A DNA stretch of 37,275 nt from Verrucomicrobiota bacterium (GTDB taxonomy: Bacteria; Verrucomicrobiota; Verrucomicrobiia; Verrucomicrobiales; DEV007). The notes under the pieces are model-generated. The model worked only from the letters and a program-made list of their open reading frames with translations. It did no database searches and was not told the origin of the DNA. This document shows, in pieces, positions 27,104-37,275 of the stretch. Location: positions 1 to 37,275 of the forward strand of contig JASFYY010000142.1 in NCBI GenBank assembly GCA_045046875.1, read 5' to 3'. The stretch's first letter is position 1. The number at the start of each line of letters is the position of its first letter. The position numbers and the translations under genes are program-made.

Positions 27104-28033
27104 CTAACGGGAAGTGAAGTAGGTCAGGAGAGTGTCGGAGATGGATTTGCGGGTATTGACAGGGATGTAATCTGCTTCCATTTTTCCGCAGCCGATTTCG
27201 ATGGTTTTTAGGAACTCCTGAATTTTTTCGAGGTACTGGGCGCGGATCGATTGAGGATCGATCTGCAGATTGAGGCCCTCATTCTCCAAGCACTGGAAGG
27301 TTTCAAATTTTTTGAAAGGGAAAGAGAGCTCTTCTTCGCTCATGATATGAAAAACGAGGATCTCGTGATTTTTGTAGCGAAAGTGATGCAGGGCTTCGAT
27401 GATTTTTTCCGGATCGTCGAACAGGTCACTGAAGATCACCACCAGTCCACGAGAGCTGATGCGATCCGCGATCTCGTGGAAGGTTGTTGCGGCTTCGGTG
27501 TCCGAACCCGCTTCGGTGACATGCAGTTCATCCAGGATCAGCCGCACTTGACTGGGTTTGGAAGCGGCGCGCAGGTATTTTTTGATCTTGTCATCGAAGG
27601 TCACCAATCCGACAGCGTCGCCCTGGCGCACAAAGAGGTAGGCAAAAGCGGCGGCCAGTTGGCGTGCGTATTCAAATTTGGATAAGGGCGCTTCGCCGGT
27701 TTTTTCGTCCTTCTCTCCGGTGTATTTCATCGAACCCGAAGCGTCGACCAATAGCGTAACCCGCATATTGGTCTCTTCGATGTATTGTTTGATGTAATAA
27801 CGATCACTTTTGCCGTAGGCCCGCCAGTCGAGGTCGCGCAGATCATCTCCGGCGACGTATTGACGGTGTTCGGCGAATTCTACTGAGAAACCTTTATGCG
27901 GGCTGGCGTGGCGACCGGTGACCGAGCCGATCTTGCGGGTGCGGGCGAGAAACTCCAGACGCCCCAGGGTGGTGATGATCTCCTGCGGTAGCAGTTCCAT
28001 GCTGGGGAGTTTTTCCAGAGTGGGTGTAGACAT
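27104..28033 (-). CDS. DUF58 domain protein (MoxR partner)
   Basis: GRHASPHKGFSVEFAEHRQYVAGDDLRDLDWR, YYIKQYIEET, VDASGSM and FSDLFD motifs. Confidence 0.93.
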   Translation of the reverse strand: MSTPTLEKLPSMELLPQEIITTLGRLEFLARTRKIGSVTGRHASPHKGFSVEFAEHRQYVAGDDLRDLDWRAYGKSDRYYIKQYIEETNMRVTLLVDASGSMKYTGEKDEKTGEAPLSKFEYARQLAAAFAYLFVRQGDAVGLVTFDDKIKKYLRAASKPSQVRLILDELHVTEAGSDTEAATTFHEIADRISSRGLVVIFSDLFDDPEKIIEALHHFRYKNHEILVFHIMSEEELSFPFKKFETFQCLENEGLNLQIDPQSIRAQYLEKIQEFLKTIEIGCGKMEADYIPVNTRKSISDTLLTYFTSR

Positions 28034-28089
28034 GGAGGAAGGCTGTAGGTGTTTAGTCTGTAGACTGTAGGGAAATGTGGACGAGGGGA

Positions 28090-29133
28090 TTAGATGTTGA
28101 TGTCGTCGGGGGATTTCATGTGGTCGATCAGCATGTTGACGATGTCGTCGGAGGTGACTCCGGCGGCTTCGGCGTTGAAAGTGGTGAGGATGCGGTGTCG
28201 CAGCACGGGCAGGGCTACGGCGCGCACGTCTTCGGTGGTGGCGTGGTAACGGCCTTCGAGCACCGCTCGTGCTTTGGCGCCGAGGATCAAATAGATCCCG
28301 GCACGGGGACCGGCTCCCCAGCTGACCATTTCTTTCACAAAATCCGGGGCATCAGCTTCTTTGGGGCGAGAGGCGCGAACCAGTTGTGAAGCGTAGGCGA
28401 TCACATGATCCGCGGCAGGTACCCGGCGCACGACTTTTTGCAGTCGGATGATGGTTTCTGCGTTTAATTTTTTCTCAATGTTTGCCCGGTAGGTGCCGGA
28501 TACTCTTTTGATGATGTCCTGCTCTTCCTCAGCACTTGGGTAGGCCACTCGGATGTTGAACATGAAACGGTCGAGCTGTGCTTCGGGCAGGGGGAAGGTT
28601 CCTTCTTGTTCGATCGGGTTCTGGGTGGCAAGAACAAAAAACGGATCGGGCAGGGGGTAGGTTTCGTCACCGATGGTGACGTGATGTTCCTGCATGGCTT
28701 CGAGCAGCGATGCCTGGGTTTTGGGTGGAGTCCGGTTGATCTCGTCAGCCAGAATCATATTGGCGAAAATCGGGCCGTGGACAAAACGGAAGATGCGTTT
28801 GCCGGTGGTGTGGTCTTCTTCCAGAACTTCGGTGCCGGTGATATCGGCAGGCATCAGATCCGGGGTGAACTGCACCCGTTTGAAAGAGAGGTCAAGCACA
28901 TCGGCGACGGTGGAGACCAGCAAGGTTTTAGCGAGTCCGGGTACTCCGACCAAGAGGGCGTGGGAGCGGCAGAAGATGGAGATCAACAGTTGTTCGATGA
29001 CTTCTTGCTGCCCAACGATGACCTGGCCAAGTTGCTCCCGCATATCGGCGTAAGCGGCTTTGAGTTCTTCGATGGTCTCTTTGTCGGAGCTGGTGATTTC
29101 TGGGTCAGCGGGAGGAGCGGTGGTGGTTGGCAT
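28090..29133 (-). CDS. moxR: MoxR-family AAA+ ATPase, first gene of the vWA operon
   Basis: [71 protein letters not shown]. Start set at MPTTT (ATG 29133). Confidence 0.95.
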   Translation of the reverse strand: MPTTTAPPADPEITSSDKETIEELKAAYADMREQLGQVIVGQQEVIEQLLISIFCRSHALLVGVPGLAKTLLVSTVADVLDLSFKRVQFTPDLMPADITGTEVLEEDHTTGKRIFRFVHGPIFANMILADEINRTPPKTQASLLEAMQEHHVTIGDETYPLPDPFFVLATQNPIEQEGTFPLPEAQLDRFMFNIRVAYPSAEEEQDIIKRVSGTYRANIEKKLNAETIIRLQKVVRRVPAADHVIAYASQLVRASRPKEADAPDFVKEMVSWGAGPRAGIYLILGAKARAVLEGRYHATTEDVRAVALPVLRHRILTTFNAEAAGVTSDDIVNMLIDHMKSPDDINI

Positions 29134-29510
29134 CAGAGGAATATTGGATAAGTTTGAGTTCAGCTGGATCAAGTTGCTTGGCAAATGCCGCAAGGTATCA
29201 GACACAAACAGCAATGGTTCCCTTCTTTGATTCCTCAGAGCCATTGTTGTTCGATCAGAGAGCAAACAAATCTGCAGATTCACTCCATACGGCAAAAAAG
29301 TTAACCATTGATTTCACCGATAAGCACTGATAAGAAAAAAGGATTCAGGTCGGAAAAAATAATGACGTGTGGGAGGCTGTCGATTATAAAAGCAGGACTC
29401 ACCAACGGGAGGTCGGGTTTTCCTACCCTACCTGTTCCAGCGAATATGCCGGGCAGCAAACTCTTCCGCTGAAGCTTGCCGCGTTCAAGATGTCCGCGTT
29501 CCTTTTAGGC

Positions 29511-29819
29511 TTAGAACTTGTTGCTGCGTTTTAAGTCACGATAGAAATTTTCGTGCACGCCCAATGCAATCAGAATCCTCCTTTGTTCATCCCATTTGTA
29601 AGCAAGCAGGTGTTCTTTCTTTTGCATTTTGAATTTATAAACCCAGATGTCCGCCAGATCCCCATTCTTTTGACTGCCTTTTCCAGGGTCTTCGACAATG
29701 GCTGCAATGGCCTTGTCTAAATCAGCGATTTCGTTTTGCTGGAGCTTTTTCTTTTTCCGGGCAAAACCGGGAGTTTGTAAAATCTCTATCGAAGCGGGGG
29801 TTTTATTCTCCGAATTCAT
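29511..29819 (-). CDS. RelE/ParE-superfamily toxin
   Basis: QTPGFARKKKKL, KNGDLADIWVYKFK, LIALGVHENFYRDLKR; overlaps the upstream antitoxin by 17 nt. Confidence 0.88.
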   Translation of the reverse strand: MNSENKTPASIEILQTPGFARKKKKLQQNEIADLDKAIAAIVEDPGKGSQKNGDLADIWVYKFKMQKKEHLLAYKWDEQRRILIALGVHENFYRDLKRSNKF

Positions 29820-30024
29820 AAGGAGTCAACTCACCGTTTTCAGCTTCTTCGCGCGAGATTAATATCTCCTGAACAAAGGCAAAAGAGAGTTCAGGATTGT
29901 CTTCGAGTATTTCGCCCATTTTAGCCCAATACTCAATTTGTGCAGCTACCGAGCGATGCAGAACTTTGGAACGGTTGCGCGCTTTGTTGGCGAGGGCGGA
30001 GGATATGCGGACGGCTATAGACAT
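29803..30024 (-). CDS. ParD-like antitoxin (RHH-type N-terminus)
   Basis: MSIAVRIS...HRSVAAQIEYWAKMGEILEDNPEL...YEFG. Start set at ATG 30024. Confidence 0.88.
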   Translation of the reverse strand: MSIAVRISSALANKARNRSKVLHRSVAAQIEYWAKMGEILEDNPELSFAFVQEILISREEAENGELTPYEFGE

Positions 30025-30043
30025 GATGGGGTCAAAGTGGATA

Positions 30044-30081
30044 TGTTGCAATGTAATGCACTCTGTTGCAAATCGCAACAG
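30044..30081 (-). promoter_or_regulatory. TA-operon promoter (TTGCGA-N17-TACATT) overlapped by an operator-like palindrome
   Basis: -35 at 30073-30078 and -10 at 30050-30055 on the minus strand; inverted repeat CTGTTGC-AAATC-GCAACAG (30063-30081); extra TGTTGCAA at 30044-30051. Confidence 0.65.
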
Positions 30082-30095
30082 TGTCTCCGAGGCAT

Positions 30096-30121
30096 AAAAA
30101 AGGCGGACTGAAAAGTCCGCC
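30096..30121 (-). terminator. Intrinsic terminator of the cytochrome c gene
   Basis: Minus strand GGCGGACT-TTTC-AGTCCGCC followed by T6, 26 nt after the stop codon at 30148. Confidence 0.85.
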
Positions 30122-30147
30122 CTCCTATGAAATGCTTGTTTGAGTCT

Positions 30148-30816
30148 TTATTTGTGAGCGGCAAGCACCTCGTCGAGTTTGGTGCGGCTGACTCCGGTAA
30201 GATCGGTCAGCTTGGCAAAACGCTCGCGGGCTTTTTTAGCGTCAGCGACGGAAACGGCAGCGGCTTTGTTGCCAAAAGAACTGCGCACATAAGTCATCAC
30301 TGCGGAGAGTTTTTGATCATCCAGCATAGCGGCGAGGGGAGTCATGACACCCATGAAGTCGGCGTTTTCTTTTTTGATCCCTTTCAGGATCACCAGAGCC
30401 ATGCGGTTGGGATCTCCGAGAACGATTTCAGAACCGGCCAGGCTGGGAGCCATCAACATCGGTCCGACTTTGAGCCCTTTTCCGTCCATGCCATGACAAG
30501 CGGAGCAAGTGGCAAAAGTGGTTTTTCCCAATGCCATCGGATCAGCCGCTGCAGCGGCCGTTTTGGCGGCTGCCGTGGCAGGAGCTTCTTTTGCCGGGCT
30601 GGCGGCTTCAGCTTTGGCTGGCGCTTTCGCAGCAGCAGGAGCCGAGGCGGTTTTGGCTTCTTCCTTTTTCTCGCCTTTTAAGAAGGAACCTACAAAAGCA
30701 ATGCCGGTCAGACCGAGCATCAAAATCATCAAAACCGGCAGGCCAATAGCCAGTAGATTGCCCAATAGGGAAACGCTGCCATTGGATTTGTTGTGAGAGG
30801 AGTGTTCGTCGCTCAT
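30148..30816 (-). CDS. Membrane-anchored monoheme cytochrome c
   Basis: N-terminal TM, Ala/Pro/Lys linker, CSACH, APSLAGS, GVM, TYVRSSFGN. Confidence 0.9.
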   Translation of the reverse strand: MSDEHSSHNKSNGSVSLLGNLLAIGLPVLMILMLGLTGIAFVGSFLKGEKKEEAKTASAPAAAKAPAKAEAASPAKEAPATAAAKTAAAAADPMALGKTTFATCSACHGMDGKGLKVGPMLMAPSLAGSEIVLGDPNRMALVILKGIKKENADFMGVMTPLAAMLDDQKLSAVMTYVRSSFGNKAAAVSVADAKKARERFAKLTDLTGVSRTKLDEVLAAHK

Positions 30817-30874
30817 AATGCAGGTGATTTAAGCGGGGAACAGGCGCTTGTCAACTAGAGGAAGATGCAAGAAT

Positions 30875-33751
<2,877 letters not shown>

Positions 33752-33768
33752 GAAGGAGAAAGTTTCAG

Positions 33769-34266
33769 ATGATGGAAGAAGACATACACGCGAAAGGCGA
33801 TGAGGAAAAGGGGATAGAGTCATCCGCGGCGATCAAATCGAAGCGGGTGCTGGTGGTGCATCACGCCGGGCCGACTTTGCGTTTGATCCGGGAGGCTTTG
33901 CAGGGCTTCACGGAGGCTACGGTTGATACCACTCCGGATGCGCTTTATGGATTCGAAATGGCTTTAAAAAGGCCCTATAACCTGTTTATTTTCAGCTTGT
34001 CATTGCCGAGAATCGATGGCGAGCTTTTGTATGAACTGATAGACAAGGCTTATGCGCACAGCCACGAAGGCGTGCGGGTGACTCCGGCGGTGATGTATAT
34101 CGTCGAGGAGGCGCAGGCGATGCAGAGTCAGGGGCTTTTGCGGGATGCAAGGGTGAGGGGGATTTTGACCAAACCTTTGAATATTGATCGACTGCTTAAG
34201 CTGGTGGCGGAAGCGGGTTTGAGGGTGGGCGACGGAGGGCTAAGCCGTTCTGGGAGGAGCCACTGA
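33769..34266 (+). CDS. Stand-alone atypical (aspartate-less) receiver-domain protein
   Basis: CheY-like pattern RVLVV...LFIF...LPRIDG...LTKP, but the acidic pair is HH and the phosphoacceptor position is S. Confidence 0.75.
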   Translation: MMEEDIHAKGDEEKGIESSAAIKSKRVLVVHHAGPTLRLIREALQGFTEATVDTTPDALYGFEMALKRPYNLFIFSLSLPRIDGELLYELIDKAYAHSHEGVRVTPAVMYIVEEAQAMQSQGLLRDARVRGILTKPLNIDRLLKLVAEAGLRVGDGGLSRSGRSH

Positions 34267-34423
34267 AAGGCATGGAAGGGGGGGGAGAGTTTTTGAGCAA
34301 GGATGCTTTTTTTACCGCGGATTTCGCGGAACCTCCTGCGCCAGGGCTTTGGCGGTCGAGTGGGAGTGATATGGAAAAGGGGGTGTAAGACAAAAAAGTT
34401 AAACTGCTGATCGCTATGCGTTT

Positions 34424-34625
34424 CGCCCTTTGCAGGGCTGGAAGAATTGGATTTTTTACCCAGCGCGAAGCGCTGGGCTATATCATTGAGCACCGTTGGT
34501 GCAAAAGAGCTGAAAGCAAACTGTCCTATGTGATAGCTCAGTGCGATGTCCTGTAAGGACAAAATGAGATAGCCTAGTGCGAAGCGCTAGGCTAGATCGT
34601 TTTTATTGCCAGCCCTAAAAGGGCG
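34424..34625. repeat. ~200-bp palindromic multi-hairpin element
   Basis: Terminal inverted repeats CGCCCTTTGCAGGGCTGG (34424-34441) and CCAGCCCTAAAAGGGCG (34609-34625); internal hairpins at 34459-34477, 34490-34502 and 34570-34594. Confidence 0.75.
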
Positions 34626-34902
34626 CAATGATGTGGGCGTATGATAAGATAGCTTTCAATAAACAATGGCTAACTCTTTTGTCCTGCGCTCTAGAAGAGA
34701 CGTGGGGAAGAGGATAGAAATTGGGGTTAACCGTCGCGGCAAAAACAAGCTACGCTGAATCATTCCTTATCCGCGTTAATTCGAGCTATTTGTCGTTGAT
34801 GGATTTTTTCCGACGGCCTCCTTTCAGTCGGCTGCGGTTCAACTCTTAGTATTGGGTCTGCACCTTAGGGGCTTGGAAATTGATGCTCGCAGATAAAATA
34901 GA

Positions 34903-36198
34903 TCAGCGAACCTGTCCGGTGCCTATCAGTTGGTATTTGTAGGAGGTCAACTCTTTGAGAGCCATTGGGCCGCGGGCGTGCAGTTTGTCGGTGGAGATGC
35001 CGATCTCGGCGCCGAAGCCGAACTCCTCGCCATCACTGAAGCGGGTGGAGCAGTTCCAGAAAACCGCAGCTGAGTCCACTTCTGCCAGGAAGCGGTTGGC
35101 GTGGGTTTCGTTGTCGGTGATGATGACGTCGCTGTGGTGGGAACCGTAATGGTTGATGTGGTTCATGGCTTCATCCTGATCCGCGACAATCTTGATACTG
35201 AGGATCAAATCGAGGTATTCAGTGCGCCAGTCGGCTTCAGTGGCAGCTTGCACTTCGATGTGGGGATTTGATTTATCTATTAATTTTATAAACTTCTCAT
35301 CTGCAATGAGTTGAACTTTGTTTTCACGTAAAGATTCAGCGATGAGGGGGGCGAATTTTTCGGCCACATCCTGATGGATGAGTAAGGTTTCCAGGGCGTT
35401 GCACACACTGGGCTTTTGGGTTTTGGCATTGATCGTGATCGCCTCGGCCATATCCAGATTGGCATCGACATCGACGTAGGCATGACAGATGCCGTCGTAA
35501 TGTTTGATCACCGGCATCCGTGCCAGTGAGACCACGGTTTCGATCAGGCCTGCACCGCCGCGAGGAATGATCAAATCGAGGTATTGATCCATTTCGGCCA
35601 TGTGTTTGACACTTTCACGATCAGTGAAGGGGATCAACTGCACGGCATGTTGTGGCATGCCTTCCGCCATACCTCCGTTTTGCAGTGAGTCGGCGATCGC
35701 CCGGTTGCTGTGGATGGCTTCGCTGCCGCCGCGAAGGATGACGGCGTTGCCAGTTTTGAAGCATAGCACGCCGGCATCGGAGGTGACGTTGGGGCGTGAT
35801 TCGTAGATGATGCCGATCACTCCGATCGGGGTGCGTTTTTTGCGGATGGTGATGCCGTTTTTTGGCACCCACTCTTCGAGCAACTCGCCTACCGGATCAT
35901 GCAGTTTTGCCACTTGGCGAATGCCGTCAGCGATTCCGGCCAGACGTTGGGGGTCGAGCTTGAGACGGTCGATCATCGCTGAAGTGAGACCGTTTTTCTC
36001 GGCGGCGGTGATGTCTTTGGCGTTGGCTTCGAGAATGATGGCTTCGTCGGCGATCAGGCGATCCGCCATGGCGAGCAAAATGCGATTTTTGTGGTCACTG
36101 TCGAAAGTGGCCAATTCGCGTGAAGCCTCGAGCGCCTGGGCACCCATGGTGAGGATTTGATCTTTGATCGATGTGGTATTGTTAGGGCTGTCGTCCAT
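34903..36198 (-). CDS. proA: Gamma-glutamyl phosphate reductase
   Basis: PIGVIGIIYESRPNVT, ILRGGSEA, LIIPRGG, VCNALETLL, STRFSDGEEFGFGAEIGISTDKLHARGPM. Confidence 0.97.
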   Translation of the reverse strand: MDDSPNNTTSIKDQILTMGAQALEASRELATFDSDHKNRILLAMADRLIADEAIILEANAKDITAAEKNGLTSAMIDRLKLDPQRLAGIADGIRQVAKLHDPVGELLEEWVPKNGITIRKKRTPIGVIGIIYESRPNVTSDAGVLCFKTGNAVILRGGSEAIHSNRAIADSLQNGGMAEGMPQHAVQLIPFTDRESVKHMAEMDQYLDLIIPRGGAGLIETVVSLARMPVIKHYDGICHAYVDVDANLDMAEAITINAKTQKPSVCNALETLLIHQDVAEKFAPLIAESLRENKVQLIADEKFIKLIDKSNPHIEVQAATEADWRTEYLDLILSIKIVADQDEAMNHINHYGSHHSDVIITDNETHANRFLAEVDSAAVFWNCSTRFSDGEEFGFGAEIGISTDKLHARGPMALKELTSYKYQLIGTGQVR

Positions 36199-36228
36199 GA
36201 TGATAAAAAATAAAAAAGGTGTTTGGCT

Positions 36229-37026
36229 TCAGTTGCCTGTGCTTGTCTTTGCAGGGACGGGGAAGCGTGAGGCGAGGCCTCCGCCGTTAACCAGTTCGAG
36301 CAGTTGCTCGGGATGACGGCCGCTGGCGATGAGGGTTTCGATGCCTGCTTCGACGGCGGTTTTGACACATTCCAGCTTGGAGCGCATGCCGCCGATTGAT
36401 AAGCGGCCGGTTTCGGCGCTGGCGTAGCTCAATACCTGTGAGACATCAGGGATGTTTTTGATGATGTCGTTATCATCCCTGGCATCCGGTCCACGCAGGC
36501 CGGGCACCGAGGTCAGCATGATCAGCAGATCGGCTTCTGCCAGCACTGCGATGTCGGTTGAAAGGCGGTCGTTGTCACCGACTTTCAATTCATAAATGGC
36601 CACCGAGTCGTTTTCATTGATGATCGGAATCACGCCGGGAAATTCGAGCAGGTGGGTGAGGGTGTTTTTCACGTTGATCCGGCGCTGCTGGTTGGCGAGA
36701 TCTTCATGGCTGAGTAGAATCTGGGCCACCGTCGAATCCTGTTGGCTGAACTGGCCTTCATAGTGATGCATTAATCTCGCCTGTCCTGCAGCGGCGCAAG
36801 CCTGCAAGGTTTCGAGGGACGAGGGGCGTTGATCGAGCCCCAGGGCGTCGAGTCCGGCGGCCACCGCGCCGCTGGATACCACCAGACATTGGTGTCCGGC
36901 CTGATTGAGTCCGGCGATGGCACGAGCCAATCGCGCGATGATGTCAAGATCTAGGCACACACCTTCTTCCTGCGCTAGAACGCCGGAGCCGATTTTGATC
37001 ACAATTCTTTTTTTGTCCTCGTCCAT
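36229..37026 (-). CDS. proB: Glutamate 5-kinase (short form, no PUA domain)
   Basis: IVIKIGS, VSSGAVAAG, QACAAAGQ, PIINENDSV, GDNDRLS, GGMRSKL; directly upstream of proA. Confidence 0.96.
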   Translation of the reverse strand: MDEDKKRIVIKIGSGVLAQEEGVCLDLDIIARLARAIAGLNQAGHQCLVVSSGAVAAGLDALGLDQRPSSLETLQACAAAGQARLMHHYEGQFSQQDSTVAQILLSHEDLANQQRRINVKNTLTHLLEFPGVIPIINENDSVAIYELKVGDNDRLSTDIAVLAEADLLIMLTSVPGLRGPDARDDNDIIKNIPDVSQVLSYASAETGRLSIGGMRSKLECVKTAVEAGIETLIASGRHPEQLLELVNGGGLASRFPVPAKTSTGN

Positions 37027-37202
37027 GATGCTGAGTGAGAGAGGTGAACAGACAGGAAAGTGCCGTTCAATGCAATTATTCTTGCAGAAGTGGCTCTGTG
37101 CAACATTTCTTGCTTGAAACTATGCACAAAGGCGACTCCTTTAAGGCCGTCGGGATTCTGGCTGCCCTCGGAAGCTGCCAATCAAACCAATCCCGAGCCA
37201 AG

Positions 37203-37274
37203 GCACCCATAGTTCAACGGATAGAACAATGGTTTCCGGAACCATAGATGTAGGTTCGATTCCTACTGGGTGTA
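37203..37274 (+). tRNA. tRNA-Arg(CCG)
   Basis: Acceptor GCACCCA/TGGGTGT, D-arm GTTC-AACGGATA-GAAC, anticodon arm ATGGT-TTCCGGA-ACCAT, T-arm GTAGG-TTCGATT-CCTAC. CCA is not encoded (next base is T). Confidence 0.95.
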
Positions 37275-37275
37275 T

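Noticed and set aside
29134..29295. N-terminal extension of MoxR in the ORF track (likewise the extensions of uvrA to 33823, the AI-2E gene to 4180 and the antitoxin to 30078)
   Set aside because: The extensions do not resemble the families and mostly overlap promoters, repeats or divergent genes; downstream ATGs give typical lengths.
29411..29502. Two further degenerate REP-like hairpins downstream of the toxin (29411-29431, 29481-29502)
   Set aside because: The stems have several mismatches and there is no second copy in the window; cannot be supported without a genome-wide count.
34128..34562. 144-aa minus-strand ORF
   Set aside because: Overlaps the receiver gene and the palindromic element; no recognisable protein features.
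36229..37026. proB as a truncated pseudogene
   Set aside because: All kinase motifs are present and PUA-less glutamate 5-kinases are a known natural form; the gene ends cleanly 30 nt before proA.
37203..37275. tRNA as the integration site of an island within this window
   Set aside because: I saw no duplicate of the tRNA 3' end and no integrase in the window; any island would lie to the right, outside the sequence given.

Overview
A 37.3-kb chromosomal segment of a PVC-superphylum bacterium. Verrucomicrobiota is the most likely lineage, inferred from the DUF1592/DUF1552 pair, planctomycete-type cytochromes c, an SHD1-domain protein and a MoxR-DUF58-vWA-coiled-coil operon. Housekeeping genes are hflK-hflC, cimA, uvrA, proB-proA and tRNA-Arg(CCG). 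Accessory content comprises two MoxR AAA+ ATPases (one followed by a membrane-anchored LRR protein, one heading a 13-kb six-gene envelope operon), five c-type cytochrome genes, a ParD/ParE-like toxin-antitoxin pair and an aspartate-less receiver protein. The most notable signals missing from the ORF track are: (1) an Ile-rich 19-codon leader peptide with a long alternative hairpin upstream of cimA, a candidate isoleucine-sensing attenuator with no visible intrinsic terminator; (2) a 94-bp tandem array carrying a GTGG-REP-like hairpin; (3) two 58-bp REP-containing direct repeats that exactly bracket a cytochrome c/DUF1592/DUF1552 module; (4) a ~200-bp multi-hairpin palindromic element near proA. 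No CRISPR array, transposase or integrase was seen. All family assignments come from motif recognition by eye, not from database searches.
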